This document shows positions 11,322 through 23,139 of a DNA stretch of 64,000 bases, piece after piece (position 1 is the first letter of the stretch; every line of letters begins with the position of its first letter). Source of the DNA: Eukaryota sp. TZLM1-RC (Eukaryota; Protista; Metamonada: BaSk clade); assembly GCA_040285825.1 (NCBI GenBank), contig JAUPSS010000001.1, positions 1,116,001 to 1,180,000 of the forward strand, given 5' to 3'. The position numbers and the translations under genes are program-made. The notes beneath the pieces were generated by a model. The model saw only the letters and a list, made by a program, of their open reading frames with translations, did not search any database and had not been told where the DNA came from.

Positions 11322-14300
11322 TATTGTTACCATAAACCAGACCACAATGCTGTCAACTGTTCTCTCCACAGTGGCAAAATCCCTGTATACGGTGTCAAGA
11401 AATCCGTAATATTAGCGAAAGTGATACTGGCATTTGTTCTGATTTATGACAAGAAAATGTGCTGAATTCAGACGACTGTGATTCTTTATAAGGAGAACCA
11501 TATGAAGCTGAACTTAATCTTTCCACAGAGAAATCCCATCAACTGATGGAAGAAGGTGAAAGAACGGTAGTGATAGATGTTGGATAACATCAAATCAAGT
11601 GTGATAATAGTGTGAATTCTGTTTTTGATAATTTAATAAAGCTCTTCCTTAGGCCACTGTAGTGGTAACCCACCCATTCACTGACACCATTGACGTTATT
11701 GACTCCATTATGACTTTGAGCGAAATAAAAATGGAAACTGAGAGTACCAGAAACAAGAAGAAGGCAGATAAGACTGCTCAACTTTTTTCCCAACACAACT
11801 AGTGTACCAGAATAAGAATATGATGTTATGGAAATTGAATAGATTTACAATAAAACCATATTTCAATATTAATAATTTCATTGAATTCCTGGTTTTGGTT
11901 AGTTCCCAAGAACCAGAACTAATAAAAAAGTTAACTGTTTTTAAAACATACTGAGTAAACATGCTGTGTTATGATTCAACACGTTTGTAATAACACACAA
12001 TTTAAAAGAAATATTTCGCTCCCATTTGAATGTACCTTTTGAGACTTTTGAGAGTACCAGATGAATGCATCTGTATTTATGTCAGAAGCTCCATCACTCA
12101 AATTACATCACTTGAAGAAAGCTTCTATGAACACAAACAAATATAAACTAATGAACACGTGATACTTTCCTATTCTGGAAAACATGTATAGCTAGTGATA
12201 TTTGAAAACGAAACGTTTAGCTGATAAGGACAACCCTAACTTTGCCAGGTCCCAGACAAGGAAAAAAGAAAACCAAATTGTTAGTACTGTTACCTCTTGG
12301 AGGATCCCAAAGACTTTTCTAGAACTTTCTGTGAACAACTTTTGAGCCAACCTCACGAAGTATCGTTGCAGATAGAAGCGCAGTAACAGCAAACTGTCTT
12401 TAATAATGAGTCTACTAATCCTGTAGATGTGGTTCTTTTTGACTTGTCAGAACAGCTTGACGTTCTTGCCATTCAAGTATCAGTTTTTCCGTATCCTCCT
12501 CAATCTTCTTCTTTCATTGAAAGATTAGAAGTACGCCGTATTTAGTGCAAATAATGTTATAAATCTGTTTTTTGTAGTTAAATGATGAACTTGTAATGGT
12601 AATTATAACCGTGGTTATGTTTGGCCACCATGTTTTGGTTCCCTTTGATAAAGACATGATCCTTCAGTATCAAAATCAAACTAATCACATCACGTGATGT
12701 GATTTTGTGAGTGATATATATAGTGAGAGTTTCGAACATTTCTTTTCATTTGGCCTGTGGAATTTTTGTTGTTTTTTGGTGGTGGTTTGAACTCATTGGT
12801 TGTTCAACTGGAACCACCAGGACTTTTGTAATTGAATTTGAGTTCATGGTCATAAATGATGTATTCCTGTAACGTCGGTTCAAAATCGCCTCTGTCTCAT
12901 CAGTGTAATGATGGACCCATATCATCAAGGCTTGTTGTCTAGCTTTATAATTCAAGGTGTCTGCATTACTCATTTGTTCCCTTTTTGCCTCAATGAGATT
13001 TGGAATTTCAAAGCAAGTTTTACTCTTACTCAGTTTTTTGATTTATTATATCCCAATTCTTGTCAAAATTCTACCATCAAAAGCACGGTGTTTTGGCATT
13101 TGGATCTTCTCTAAAAATCAATTTAAAAATTCTGATGGTATACAGAATTCCAAACAAATCTCGTCTTTCCTTCCCAATTCAGCTGTCAATATTGCACCAT
13201 TGATAGTGACAGCTAAAGAGACGGCGTTCCCTCTCTTTACTTCCATTCTTAGCTATTTGTGGAATGGGTAGAACGAAAAATAGGTAGTTAAGGTGGGAGT
13301 GTCATTTTATAGACAACACCAATAACATATTATACTTTTCAGCAATTTTTCATTTTTGTTGCATTTTTACCAGCTTCTTTCGCTTCAAGAACAGAGAATT
13401 GTTTGGTGCTAATTCATTTACGAAAAAATCATCCCAAAGATATTCCAATATACTAATGGTTCACGAAAGGGGCAAGGTCATTAGGAATTAAAACTTTTTT
13501 TGGACATTGTTCCATCAAAAACTAACCACACTGTGCTTCAATAGATACAAAGATCCAAAAACATGTAGACTATACAGACACATGTAATCAGATCTTTCTT
13601 GACCGTAATCAATTGCAAAAAGTTAAAAACTGAATGATTGAAGATTACTCAGTCGTTTATATATTTAAGAATAGAGGCTCTAAATAAAGAGAATTACTCT
13701 CAATATTTGGTAGAGCCTCTGAAATTTTGCGACTGAAATGGAAAAGTAGTTTTTGTTCTTTACCAACAATTCGAGTGTACACATTAGGCAAAGTTTATGA
13801 TTATTTTCAGTAGCAAAATCAAGAAAACTCCAATCAAATACCTTTAACGTAAATACTGAATCAATCATGGAAAAACAGCAAGTAAAAGCCAAGTAAATGC
13901 TTCAGATTTAATTAAGAATTATTGCTGGATGACGGTAAGAGCTTGACAATGAATACTAGAAAGATTTATTGAATTGAATATATTTCAATAGAAAACGAGT
14001 TTTGTTCAGTGATATTACTGGAATAAAAGGAACATTACATTGGATTACCAATTCTTTTAAGTTTGGTAATTGTATTTGAATATTGACAAGACCCTATTGT
14101 TTTTGCAGCGTATATACAACTAAAGCCGATCGATCGGCTTACCAATCGAGCGGAAAACCATGTGGGTATATGGTTTCTCATAATGTGCATGAATGAAAGA
14201 GAAGTGGTGGAAAGAACTGGACTGAAACAGCATAAACAAGCGATTAACAAGGAAGTAGAAGAAGATCGAAAGCAACAATTTTGAGTAGCCGTCTGAGAAG

Positions 14301-14699
14301 ATGTTGAGCCATTCCTTGATATCACATACTCGAGAAGCAAGTCGAAAGGTTTTGTGAAAAAGTCGAAGGAAGTCATGGAGTCGGATCCAAAAACAAAGTA
14401 TCAGATATGATAGGGGAATATGAGATTGAAGTGTTGTAGAAGACCACTCTTGAGTATGGTTAGTAGGGGAGATCATGATGTGTGAACACTCATCAGTGCT
14501 AGAGTCACCAGTCTCAAGTTGAGAGAACTTTTATAATGACAAACTTATTGGTTCCGTGAACACTGAGTTTTAGGCTAAGTTTCAAGAATTTGTTGATTGG
14601 ACCACATTGATGAACTGGCTAGTTTGCACATTTTGCAGAGAACTAAAAAAGTTCACCACATACGAAGACAAATGTTCTTTTATTTAAATACAATTATAC

Positions 14700-15390
14700 A
14701 ATGATTAATTTATTGAATTTGCACACTTGATTAAATTAAATCATAACTAATGGGACGACTATCATTAAACCAAGATTTCCTCTACAAAATCTTGATTTGC
14801 TTGCTGTCTAGCTAAAGCTTCTCTAATTCGATTGAAAAACCGCGGTAATCTATTAATAATGGCAAATTGAATCCGTGAACGCCATAAAAAAATATCAAAT
14901 CTTTTCATTGTTTTTTCTTTCACCATTTTTTGGAAGTCATCCAAAAAAGTTTCTGCTTCAACTGATAATCTTCCATTTATCGAAAATGGGAAAGCAATAA
15001 AAACCAGCTGTGTATTTCTATCGATATTTGCATCTTCAATTTCTTTATCATATTTTCTATGTTTTTCTTTTGCTTTAAAATCCAGAGCAGCCACAGGATT
15101 AAGTTTTCTTCTGTGAACCAAAGTATCGTTTGCAACATTACATGAGACAAAGTCAACAATAGCTTCAGAATTATCAATCCAATCACAGTATACATCACCT
15201 CTATCATCAGAACCAAAATTATTCAGAGAAAGTGTTTCTTTCAGCAGGGGCTCTTTGATACACGATATCCTTGCAGTTTGTGCCATATTGAAAACAGTGT
15301 CTCTAACAGCATCATGTAATGAAGAACGATAAGTTATCAATTTAGAGCAATTTAGAGCATGGCGCAAAGTGAGTTGAGGTGAATTCGATT
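14700..15390 (-). mobile_element. CRE-clade non-LTR retrotransposon 3' fragment (RLE domain), second subfamily
   Basis: ORF 14765-15367: RHALNC...SLHDAVRD...KEPLL...DRGDV...IVDF...KAKEKHRKY...FIAFPFSINGRL; homologous copy at 55780-56450. Confidence 0.8.
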
Positions 15391-16629
15391 ACAATTATTG
15401 AATTTCAATCTTTAACAAGAAACACATAACTACAGGACTTTTCTCTATTAGTGACACTGTGTGACCTGCATGAACTAGACAAACCTCTCTCATGGTGTAT
15501 CGTCAATTATCAGGAATAAATTAATAGCTATGAGCCAGCAAAATACCTTTTATTTATCATGGTGCAATAAAGTTCTCTCCATTCTCATAATCGAAAGTAA
15601 TTCAATCTTACAAACAAAATCACATTCACCTTTGAACAACACAAATAGGGGATGCAATTCCAACAGTAAACGAGGATCTGGATTAAGACACATCACCGCT
15701 ACTTTTAAAAAATGTCAACTAATCCAATGTTTGATTCTACAAAGGTCAACAATGGAAAGGCTGAAATTGAATAATGAATCGAAAACAGCCACCTTATTGT
15801 GAAATAACATAGGCAAAGCGTTTGTGTATTGATAATGCAAATTTCGTCCTTGTTCATGTTCTTGATTGCTGTCCATTGATTCTCATCGAGAAAAATTGCA
15901 ATACATTCTTATTGCAATAGAATATTTTGCAAAGAGCAAGCAACGAAAAGATTGGTCCAAATAACAATGATATTGAATTTTCAGACATTGTTGAGGTCTC
16001 TTTAGTGAATCTGAAACAGAATAAACAGCCATTCAAGTCGTTCCGATCATACCAGGTTTCCTTTTCTTGTATAACTTAAGTACAAGTTAATGTCTAATGT
16101 AGTGTTCCAAAAACTAGTCAATACTGCTTCAATTAGTTCGCATCTTCTGTTGAGATGATAGTTTTTCCACTTTCTTCGTCAATGGAATCAAAAGTTACGG
16201 TAACTCAACCTGGTCTAAAAAAAGTTGATTTTGTTAATTGCATAAAAATGGTTTTGGAAACAGCTGCTCATTTTTTTTAAATAATAGTGTTTTATTCAGA
16301 AATTGACTGTATAAATGGTGGATGTTTCAAACATCTGTTGACAAAAACATCTCATCGACAGCAACTCGTAGTTATGCAAAACGCCACGTCATCAACACCA
16401 ATGTCATCTTGAAAGAAGAACATGATCAGTGAATGTTGAGTACAAGCCTTCATATAAGATTCCATATCAGTTGACACAAACTAGGTTCAGTAATTCAATA
16501 CGTGGTTTTTTATAAAAAAGGAAAATACAATAAAATAAAATTTTGAAACAATAACTAAAAATTTACAAATAAAATTTATTGTTAATTTACTAAATTTTTT
16601 ATTGTTAATTTACTAAATTTGCTTATGCG

Positions 16630-16995
16630 TTCTTCTGCCAGTTACATCAATGCTGTCTGAAATTGTTGAGATTTTAACCCAGCTATATAGAGAAAGGAGA
16701 CTTGAAACGGAATGTATGACTGAAGAATTCATGGATGATGTAGAAATGTTTCTCGAACCAACAATGTTAGCCGCACAAAATTTGAAAGTTGATAAATAAT
16801 CGGAAAATATATCTGCTGTTAGAGATGGTGAATATCTATATTCAGTTGACCTGCATGAGAATAATTGTAGTTTTAGCTGCTGGAATCAACAAGATGTGCT
16901 ATGAATTCAATTTAGGGATATAGCCAGACGTGTACAAATTCATCCACGTCATTGTGTGTCGCCTTATTATTTAGTAGAAAAATTCGATGCAACAC
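16630..16995 (+). pseudogene. MULE/MuDR transposase C-terminal fragment with degenerate SWIM zinc finger
   Basis: Hand translation LPVTSMLSEI...YRERR...LKV...AVRDGEYLYSVDLHENNCSFSCWNQQDVL*IQ...CVSPYYLVEKF follows the MuDR pattern LPI..l.e...RR...VDL...CSC..W...PC.H...yv..yy; two in-frame stops. Confidence 0.7.
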
Positions 16996-18040
16996 ATTTT
17001 TTACATTATTTATTTAGCACATTTATTGAAACTTTACAATAAATTGTTTATTATATTATTTATATGTTTGTTATTTTCAGGGTATTTGTTTGAAAAATTT
17101 ATGATTCTCGAATTTCATTTGTAGAAGGAATTTCGGGCAAGGTTTAACTTAATAATAGTAAATATTTTCAAGATACCTGGCAATTTGACCTAGTTAATCT
17201 TAATTCTGTTGATTCTTCATTCATAGATCTTGTTTTTATTCTACAAACAAGTAATTTCATTGTAAATTAAGGTAAATGAGGAGTCGAAACTATCGGTTCT
17301 AATTATTCTATTAGTATTACCTCGTTATCCTTACCTTTTTTGCTGCATGCTATGTGATGTATGAAAAGATGCAGGAGGATCTTGGGGTAAGATGTCTGAC
17401 GTGCTGATAGCTGTTTGATTTGAGTTGGCTGATAGCTATGGTGTTCCTTATTACTTCATTGATGGTCATTAATGAACTTTGCCTTAATTTGGAGAATTGG
17501 AACAAAATCAATGACTTAAAATCGAATGAGATAAGGTTCTTATATTTTTCCCTTATTCTATTGAAGCCTGAATGCGCCAACATTGAAGTGGAATTTGTTT
17601 CCTGGGAATTGTTTTTAAACACGAATATGAACAGCAAACAATAGTCGGGTGATAAATCAGCGCAACAAATTCAATTGGTTGAGCATGACTCAGATATTTT
17701 TGTCTTTGAAAACTAAGATTGATGAACAACAATAAAATGGGTGACCAAGAATACTGAGACAGTAGAGGTTGTCAAATACTGACTAGCGAAATATTTTGAA
17801 TCGTAATCCTATTTCTGCAAAAAGAGATCCATTTCACGAAACATAGCCCATTATAAGTAAAAACCTAAATCTATCCAAGGCCTGTGTGGAACAAGTGAAA
17901 ATTCCGACAACACTCATATGGTTTAAAAAGCTTTATACAACAACTCATCAGTAAAAGAAATTTTGATCATAACATTTATTGTGCACATCCAAGAAGTAAA
18001 CAGAAGTGATATTTGCCTAAACAAAATCCTTCAGCTGAAA

Positions 18041-20383
18041 CTAAAGCCCTATAGTACCTTCATCTACATGGTAACTAAAAATATCAATCAAATACCGTTC
18101 AGCCGAGTACTTAATCCACCATGGAAAACAAGATAATTCGACTAAATAGTCGTTCTTACTGATTGTAACAGATTTAATTAAACCTTGATTACTAAGTTTT
18201 GTTGGAGATAGACGAGAACCTAGCAGACTGTCTTCATCAGGTTTAATCAATTGAATAAATTTCAAAGAAGGAAAGTTTTGTTCAGTGATATTGACAATAT
18301 CTTTGTTATCAATTACCAATTCCTTCAAATTTGCAAATTTTACAAGTATATCAAGGCTGTAAGGATCTCCAAAACTGAAGTTACGTCCATACCTGAGTTC
18401 CAATGTTGCAATGGATTGAGGTAAAGGTATTTTACCTGGTAAAATTCTGTCTGAAATAACACAAGATAACACCACCAATTCTTTTAATGATGTAAGATAG
18501 CTTAAATCAGTAACCTGAATGAAATCATTTTGAAGCACCAACGTCACTAGTGAAGTCGGTAATTTTTCTATGTTGAATGCAAAATCAAGAACTAGACACT
18601 TGAGTTTTGATAAATGCGCCATGTTTATAGGCATTTTAGTATATCTCGAACCAACAAACTTAGCAACCTCAACATTTGGGAACAAGGAAAATAACTCTGT
18701 ATCATAACAAATAAGGTCATAGTTAACATCAAGTTTGTTAATTCTACTATTGGCTGCTTTGGGAACTTTATAATCAGTAGTTAATCGTAATTGTAAATCA
18801 TCAACATTTTCATCTAAATAGAAAGCTTCAGGATCCTTCAAAAAGATGGAGCTTCGTATTGGATGAACATTAAACACTTCCTTGGCAAGTACACCCACCT
18901 TCTTGCTAATACTACACTTGAGGTAAAATCTCGCTTTAACATACGGATAATTTCCAAACAACATTTTCAAATAATTTAAATATTCGTAGAGCAAATACTT
19001 GATTAGACCACTAAACATTCTATCCAAAGGTTGTTTTGGATATTGGAAACTGCCAAGTACTTCAGATACAAATACTTTAACAGGTTGTGGTCGATCAATC
19101 AAATCACCTGTACCTAATTGACCTTTATCATTTCTTCCCCAAGCCCAAACAGTGTTTTTGCTGTAGAAAAACATACATTCATGACCTACTGAAATACCTT
19201 CTATGTTGGTAAGAGCTTCAATACACCTTGGTTGATCGACATCTTCATAAATATCACTTATTATACTCAACTCACCCCACACAAAAACTTTACCATTATT
19301 ATCGAGAGACGCAAATATACCACCACAACCACTAATAGAAACTATATTGCTTAACCCTAGAACTTTGGTGGGATTGTTATTAAAAGATTCTTCATCATTA
19401 CCCTTGTCGAATTTCCAAACAACACCATTAGTATCAATAATAAACAAATAATTAGCACTGTGACGAACTCCTGACACCAATAAAGCTGAACCCTTTATCG
19501 GTGTTCTTGGAAAGAGATTGAGGGTAATTGGTGTGTAAGTTTTGGTGAAATATTCACCAACATCATCGCAATAAGATACAGAGTCATTGTCTTGATCAGA
19601 GCCAGAGAAGATACTTTGACCAGAATAAAAATGATGACCAAAGCTATCGACTGCGATCAAAGAATCACCTTCAACAGAAAGATAAACAATATTATGTAAT
19701 TCTTCCATTAATTCGAATGATTTACCACCTCCCCATTTAACAACTTTTTCTTGATGAGTTAACGCAAATGAATTTCGAAAACCACCATAAACTTCTTTAA
19801 TGCTATAAGGAATGTCTATTGAGGAGACTGGAGAAATCCAATCTGTTGACATATTAATTTGCTGATCTAAATTGCAGTCCCAACCATACAAGTTTCCATT
19901 AGAAGAAATGGCGAGGGAGTGTTCAAAAGCAGCTGAAATGGAAATGATATTAGTTAATGATAATTTGATTGGTGATTTGATTGTTTGAGGTCCATTATAA
20001 AGAACTTGACCTCGATTATTATTCCCCCAACCATAAACCTGACCAGAATAGGTGAGTAGAAGGGTGTGGCGTGAGCCGCTGGAAATAAACTTAATTCCTC
20101 TCACTGAGTCTTCTTGAATAATCCGAACTTGTATTGACTCTGCATCGAGAGAAAGGTCACCCGATACTGAGAGAGTCGAATGAGAAACATCTAGACCGGT
20201 AAGTGGATATGTCCTATGCTGTTGGTCTGATTGAACTGTATCTAGAGCAGTGGGCAAAAGACTGAAAGGAGGGTTTGTGAAACATTGAGAAAGGCGTTCT
20301 GAAGGAAAACACGTATATCCACCACCAGAAAACTTATCTAGATTCTGAGTTTGTTGAGAGTCATGAGTCATGGTAGTTGGCAT
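18041..20383 (-). CDS. RCC1-repeat beta-propeller protein with C-terminal LRR-like region
   Basis: Intact 780-aa ORF; RCC1 repeats (SSGSRHTLLL..SGQVYGWGNNNRGQ, AAFEHSLA..GNLYGW, VWAWGRNDKGQLGTGD); C-terminal L..L..L.L repeats (LPTSLVTLVL, LTSLKELVV). Confidence 0.85.
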   Translation of the reverse strand: MPTTMTHDSQQTQNLDKFSGGGYTCFPSERLSQCFTNPPFSLLPTALDTVQSDQQHRTYPLTGLDVSHSTLSVSGDLSLDAESIQVRIIQEDSVRGIKFISSGSRHTLLLTYSGQVYGWGNNNRGQVLYNGPQTIKSPIKLSLTNIISISAAFEHSLAISSNGNLYGWDCNLDQQINMSTDWISPVSSIDIPYSIKEVYGGFRNSFALTHQEKVVKWGGGKSFELMEELHNIVYLSVEGDSLIAVDSFGHHFYSGQSIFSGSDQDNDSVSYCDDVGEYFTKTYTPITLNLFPRTPIKGSALLVSGVRHSANYLFIIDTNGVVWKFDKGNDEESFNNNPTKVLGLSNIVSISGCGGIFASLDNNGKVFVWGELSIISDIYEDVDQPRCIEALTNIEGISVGHECMFFYSKNTVWAWGRNDKGQLGTGDLIDRPQPVKVFVSEVLGSFQYPKQPLDRMFSGLIKYLLYEYLNYLKMLFGNYPYVKARFYLKCSISKKVGVLAKEVFNVHPIRSSIFLKDPEAFYLDENVDDLQLRLTTDYKVPKAANSRINKLDVNYDLICYDTELFSLFPNVEVAKFVGSRYTKMPINMAHLSKLKCLVLDFAFNIEKLPTSLVTLVLQNDFIQVTDLSYLTSLKELVVLSCVISDRILPGKIPLPQSIATLELRYGRNFSFGDPYSLDILVKFANLKELVIDNKDIVNITEQNFPSLKFIQLIKPDEDSLLGSRLSPTKLSNQGLIKSVTISKNDYLVELSCFPWWIKYSAERYLIDIFSYHVDEGTIGL

Positions 20384-20399
20384 CTAGGCAAATGAAACT

Positions 20400-20680
20400 A
20401 TATGAAAATAATATATGTTTTATTCCTGTCAATGACAATATACAAGGGAGTGGTGGTTTACATTGGAGTTTATTAATCTTTGAAAACTATAATAATAGGA
20501 GACATTTTTACTACTTAGATTCTTTGACTAAATCACTTTTGAGGTTACAAACTTGATAGATAATCAGTTTGGTGACTTGGCACCATTTGTCACTTTAATG
20601 ACATACCACGTCAAGCTAATGGATATGATTGTGGAGTGTTTGTATGTTGGTACGCTGCTATGATCAGGCAAGTGTATGAA
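20400..20680 (+). pseudogene. Ulp1/SENP8-like (C48) cysteine protease catalytic fragment
   Basis: Hand translation FIPVNDNIQGSGGLHWSLLIF...YYLDSL...IPRQANGYDCGVFVCWYA contains His-Asp-Cys plus the oxyanion Gln; no N-terminus, frameshifted. Confidence 0.8.
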
Positions 20681-21279
20681 TCAGATGACCACCACTTAGA
20701 TTTGGTGAATATTATAGATTTATTATATGGATCTGATTAAACGTGGCTGAATTTAGAATTAATTTAAAATTTTTAGACACTTACCCTTGCACTGAATTAC
20801 CCTTGCACTTAATTATTGATTCTTAGTGCACTTAGATTCCAAAAACCTTAGCTATACCTCGAATAGATGTAAGGACCCCGAAAAATGAAATTCAGCCGAA
20901 AAAGCCCAAGACCAGTGGGAAAATCAAAAAAAAACAAAAAAAGCAATAATAATAAAAAACCAATAATAAAAATGTTCAGCATTGCTGAACTGAAAGCTGT
21001 TGAATCTGCAAGGTCAGTTCTTTTGAAATCAACAAATAAATTTCAGTTAAAAAAAAACAAAAGATGAACGAGATGAGTAGTTAAACGGGTCACGGCCTGA
21101 AAAAAGCGAGCGATGAGAAACAATTAAAATAGGTCATTAACTAAGAAGTTTTCATTATATCTGATGTCTTTGGACTATTTGAAAAGATGAATTTTATATG
21201 CAAAAAAGATTTATCGCTTCATGTGCAGAAAAACCTGTAGGGATGGTGAAATTTCCTGATAATTGTAAAAATTGTAATT

Positions 21280-21385
21280 TTTTTGGTACGAAGCAAGAAT
21301 TGTTATTATTTTTCTGTGCAATTTTTAACTGATCACAAACCTGATGTTTTGACAGGTTTTAATATTGTAAAATTTGTTGGTCCAA
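21280..21385 (+). pseudogene. Family-B DNA polymerase 3'-5' exonuclease (ExoII) fragment
   Basis: KQELLLFF...HKPDVLTGFNIVKF resembles E.eLL..F...PD.lTGyNi..FD; very short and frameshifted. Confidence 0.5.
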
Positions 21386-21564
21386 CATAATGCAACAGGT
21401 TGGAAATTTATGGAAAGTCTTTCCCAGAATAAATGGAATGAGAAAACATTCAGCTGTTTTTATCCGATTTTTGACAGAAAGTTCCCTCTAATTGCAATGG
21501 TTTAACTATCTGTAATTCACTTGTATATGCTAAACAATTTATTACATCAAAGTCGAATGAATCC

Positions 21565-23130
21565 TTGAGATTTCCTAGTTGGTTCCTGTCAAATGAGTCT
21601 AAAGGGTATCTTCATGATACATTTAAGAACCTTTTACCAATTGATTGTTTTATAAGTATACCCCAAGATACCATTGATTATTGGTTCAGAGATAGTGTGC
21701 TTGGTTTAAAATTATTTCTACTGTTTCAATCAAACAAGGTGGTTCGACCAACTTTTGTTACTCACAAAACCACATTGAAATCTGTTGTCAAGCATAGAGG
21801 ATTGGAACTTTTGTTAAATCATTATGCGCAATTGATTCACAGATTGAGCATGAACAGGTATATATATAATATTATAAAAAAATATATATTATATATTGAA
21901 AAAAATATTGAATATAATATTGTCCCAAATTATTACTTCTACATTTAACTGGAAATGGCCAGGATTTTCCTGTGATAACTCGAAAAGAAATGGAACAAAT
22001 TCAAATGTTGCTCAGTAAAATTTCTACCATTAAACACAATATTAAACTCAATAGAAGAGTAACCCTGGTAATTAATGAGGACTTGAAAATTTTTGTTGAA
22101 AAAAGTAAAAGCAGTTGATGGAAAATAATGGTAATATTCCTCTTTTTTCCATTAATCAATGTACTAAATTAAGGGCGTTTATCGCAGAAACCATCAAAAC
22201 GAATTAAGAAGTCAATTTACAAACAAGGTATGCTCAATGTATTGAAAAATTTATTAATCTATATTATGAGAAAATGGAAGATGAAGAAGAGATGACCCAA
22301 AAAAATATGTTTTTCGTTGGAGATTACGTCAAGTCAAGAATCTATTTCTTCAAACTAATCATAATAATTTTCCGTCTGCCGATGATCAAATTGGTAATTT
22401 CATTATACTTTCTGATGATGAAATCTTGAACGAAGACAATGAAAAATGTTTGAAACAATCAGCAAAAACTGTTATTTTAGACAGTACTCATCCGACAATT
22501 TGTAAGTTATTGAAAGATGAGAATTGGGTGAATTCAATTTTTCCTATATCTATTGTAGTAAATAAGTCAAAACAAGAGGAGCATGCTTTTGAAAGTAAAT
22601 CATTACTGTCCCCCGTGGAAAAACATCCCCAATCTTTTATCAAATCAACTGTCAAAATTAATATTTTTATAGAAGACGCTGAGGGAAAACATTTAATATC
22701 ATTTTGATTGTTCGAAGTGAAACTCCTGAATTGTTTGAAATTGATAGCCAAGGACTATGGGGTATTTTGCGTTGTATTTTTAAAGAAGATGAAATTAATG
22801 ACAAGAAAAATAATTCCAAGTGGAATTCAATAGCTGACATTGAACATATGAGTCCAGAAGAACAAATTTTATTTTGTTTGTTTTGGATTTAATAAACCAT
22901 TTACTAAACAAAGCTACAAATTTAACAACACCATGAAAACTGATGGTTTTGCAGCCTGTATAGAGCTAGCAAGAGAGGATTGTATTGGCAAGTTATTCAA
23001 GCCTGATAGTGCAAAGTTTGCAACCACTTCGAACTATTTGGATGTTGAATTTCTATCATCAAAACACAAAATACATATTGACCTTGGTAAAAGTGATTTA
23101 CTTTATTTTTGTAGTTATTTCTCTGAGAGT
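21565..23130 (+). pseudogene. Fanzor1 N-terminal half up to RuvC-I, heavily decayed (locus C)
   Basis: HKTTLKSVVK, AETIKTN*EVNLQTRYAQCIEKFIN, FNNTMKTDGFAACI and HIDLGKSDLLYFC follow Fanzor1 N-terminal, TDG and RuvC-I motifs; ends where Gypsy sequence begins. Confidence 0.7.
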
Positions 23131-23139
23131 ACATTCTAC

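Noticed and set aside
12850-13640. Possible DDE transposase relic (VVSFDGT-like peptide, minus strand)
   Set aside because: Single weak motif with no supporting context
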